Source of the DNA: Macrostomum lignano
Taxonomy: Eukaryota
Assembly (NCBI GenBank): GCA_002269645.1
Contig: NIVC01002325.1
Span: 1 to 64,000, forward strand
Reading direction: 5' to 3'
DNA: 64,000 nucleotides
Shown: positions 62,071-64,000 of the stretch, piece by piece
Numbering within the stretch: position 1 is the first letter of the stretch
Layout: each line of letters opens with the position of its first letter
Notes under the pieces: generated by a model
Databases searched by the model: none
The model's input: only the letters and a program-made list of their open reading frames with translations
Told to the model about the DNA's origin: nothing
Position numbers and translations under genes: made by a program

Positions 62071-64000
62071 CAGGTGAGCAGCTGCATCTGCGATGAGGCT
62101 GTGAACATATGCTGACAGGTGAGCAGCTGCATCTGCGATGAGGCTGTGAACATGTGCTGACAGGTGAGCAGCTGCATCTGCGATGAGGCTGTGAACATGT
62201 GCTGACAGGTGAGCAGCTGCATCTGCGATGAGGCTGTGAACATGTGCTGACAGGTGAGCAGCTGCATCTGCGATGAGGCTGTCAACATGTGCTGACAGGT
62301 GAGCAGCTGCATCTGCGATGAGGCTGTCAACATGTGCTGACAGGTGAGCAGCTGCATCTGCGATGAGGCTGCGAACATGTGCTGACAGGTGAGCAGCTGC
62401 ATCTGCGATGAGGCTGCGCAGCGGGGAGTGAAACAAGTTTCACGCGCTTCGAAAGTACTGCTGTGTTGATCCAGCGCCAGGTGTAAAAATTACCTGTAAA
62501 AAAATTAATGCTCTCCAATTAGTGCTTTTTTAAATCACAGCTAGATACAAATCGTATCTTATGCTTGCTGAGCTGAATAATGTTTTCACCGATTTGCTCA
62601 GCAGTTTTTGCACAGAATCTTCCGGTTCAACATGGCTGTGCTGTCATTCACTTCAGTTCTGCCGACCTGTTGTTGCGGCATATTGTTACACATTCCAATT
62701 ACACCAAATCTTACAGTTTACCTAGTCTCAGACTTTTACTGCCTTCATCAGTTTTTTTATGTTTTCAGTTAGGTAGCTAGGATTAAGCTTGTTAGATGCG
62801 AACTCGCCACAGGTGTAGGATTCAGCTTGTTAGATGCGAACTCGCCACAGGTGTAGGATTAAGCTTGTTAGATGCGAACTCGCCACAGGTGTAGGATTAA
62901 GCTTGTTAGATGCGAACTCGCCACAGGTGTAGTATTAAGCTTGTTAGATGCGAACTCGCCACAGGTGTAGGATTAAGCTTGTTAGATGCGAACTCGCCAC
63001 AGGTGTAGGATTAAGCTTGTTAGATGCGAACTCGCCACAGGTGTAGGATTAAGCTTGTTAGATGCGAACTCCCCACAGGTGTAGGATTAAGCTTGTTAGA
63101 TGCGAACTCGCCACAGGTGTAGGATTAAGCTTGTTAGATGCGAATTCGCCACAGGTGTAGGATTAAGCTTGTTAGATGCGAACTCGCCACAGGTGTAGGA
63201 TTAAGCTTGTTAGATGCGAATTCGCCACAGGTGTAGGATTCAGCTTGTTAGATGCGAACTCGCCACAGGTGTAGGATTGAGCTTGTTAGATGCGAACTCG
63301 CCACAGGTGTAGGATTAAGCTTGTTAGATGCGAACTCGCCACAGGTGTAGTAAGCTTGTTAGATGCGAACTCGCCACAGGTGTAGGATTAAGCTTGTTAG
63401 ATGCGAACTCGCCACAAGTGTAGGATTAAGCTTGTTAGATGCGAACTCGCCACAGGTGTAGGATTCAGCTTGTTAGATGCGAACTCGCCACAGGTGTAGG
63501 ATTCAGCTTGTTAGATGCGAACTCGCCACAGGTGTAGGATTCAGCTTGTTAGATGCGAACTCGCCACAGGTGTGACAAGTTCAGACAATCCCGGGCTCGA
63601 TAAAGCCAGAGTGACACTGGAAAAGCATATGGAAGCCACTGGCACACTGGAAAATCAGCTGTCTCTTAAAGGGTCATCAGCAGCAGCAACAGCACGGTGG
63701 GAAGCGTATTATAAAGCGGGCAGGGGTCTCTCATCAATAGTGGATTATCACTGAGACACTTCAGATTGGCTACTCAGACTCGTATATTCTCTTGTTATCT
63801 TGCAGTCCACGGCGCTTTTCATCAGCCATCATGCTGGAGGTTGCTCATTGATTGCTCATAATGACTGATCCAGCGCCAGTTGTGACCGATCCACCGAGCA
63901 CCGGACCGCCGCCTGCGCCCGAGCCGTCGGCACCGTTCTGGTTGGGCGTTTCGGAGACTCCAACTGTTGCTCTGTGAGCCGATTGGGACTTGCAAAGAGT

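Larger units (their letters stand above)
55065..64000. repeat. Inverted duplication of 43430-52451. It includes inverted copies of the 14-, 45-, 27-, 23-, 15-, 45- and 38-bp arrays and three genes.
   Basis: 55065 TGAGCGCCTGA... is the reverse complement of about 52451 downward. The window end ...TTGCAAAGAGT is the reverse complement of 43430-43440. Unique segments match in mirrored order. Confidence 0.97.

Noticed and set aside
55065-64000. Terminal inverted repeats of a giant transposon or foldback element
   Set aside because: The arms consist of ordinary cluster genes and local minisatellites; there is no transposase, and the junction lies in an assembly gap.

Overview
Eukaryotic (animal) genomic DNA. 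The GC-rich exons embedded in dense minisatellites resemble the flatworm Macrostomum, but that assignment is only an inference. The window is dominated by a head-to-tail cluster of about 15 divergent four-transmembrane genes and gene relics of the CD20/MS4A type, all on the minus strand from about 0.9 to 54.7 kb. Two subfamilies occupy separate zones. An HVIMG..Q...G / FW..GLxAGRG / CRASCC type lies at 7-38 kb, and an LPxCRRDY type lies at 42-55 kb. Many members carry PPxY/LPxY tails. Nearly every intergenic or intronic interval holds a different minisatellite (30 or more unit types, 4-61 bp). Several arrays grew out of the genes themselves: stop-codon regions, a TM helix and a tail repeat. 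After a 321-N gap, 55065-64000 is an inverted copy of 43430-52451. The two arms differ by SNPs and VNTR copy number and have complementary 1-bp frameshifts, which suggests that many apparent frameshifts are long-read errors. Minor elements are a Penelope-type minimal hammerhead ribozyme motif (556-593, minus), a tRNA-derived SINE and a LINE 3' fragment. Almost all long ORFs in the provided track are translations of minisatellites and are not genes. All calls were made by eye; no database search was run.
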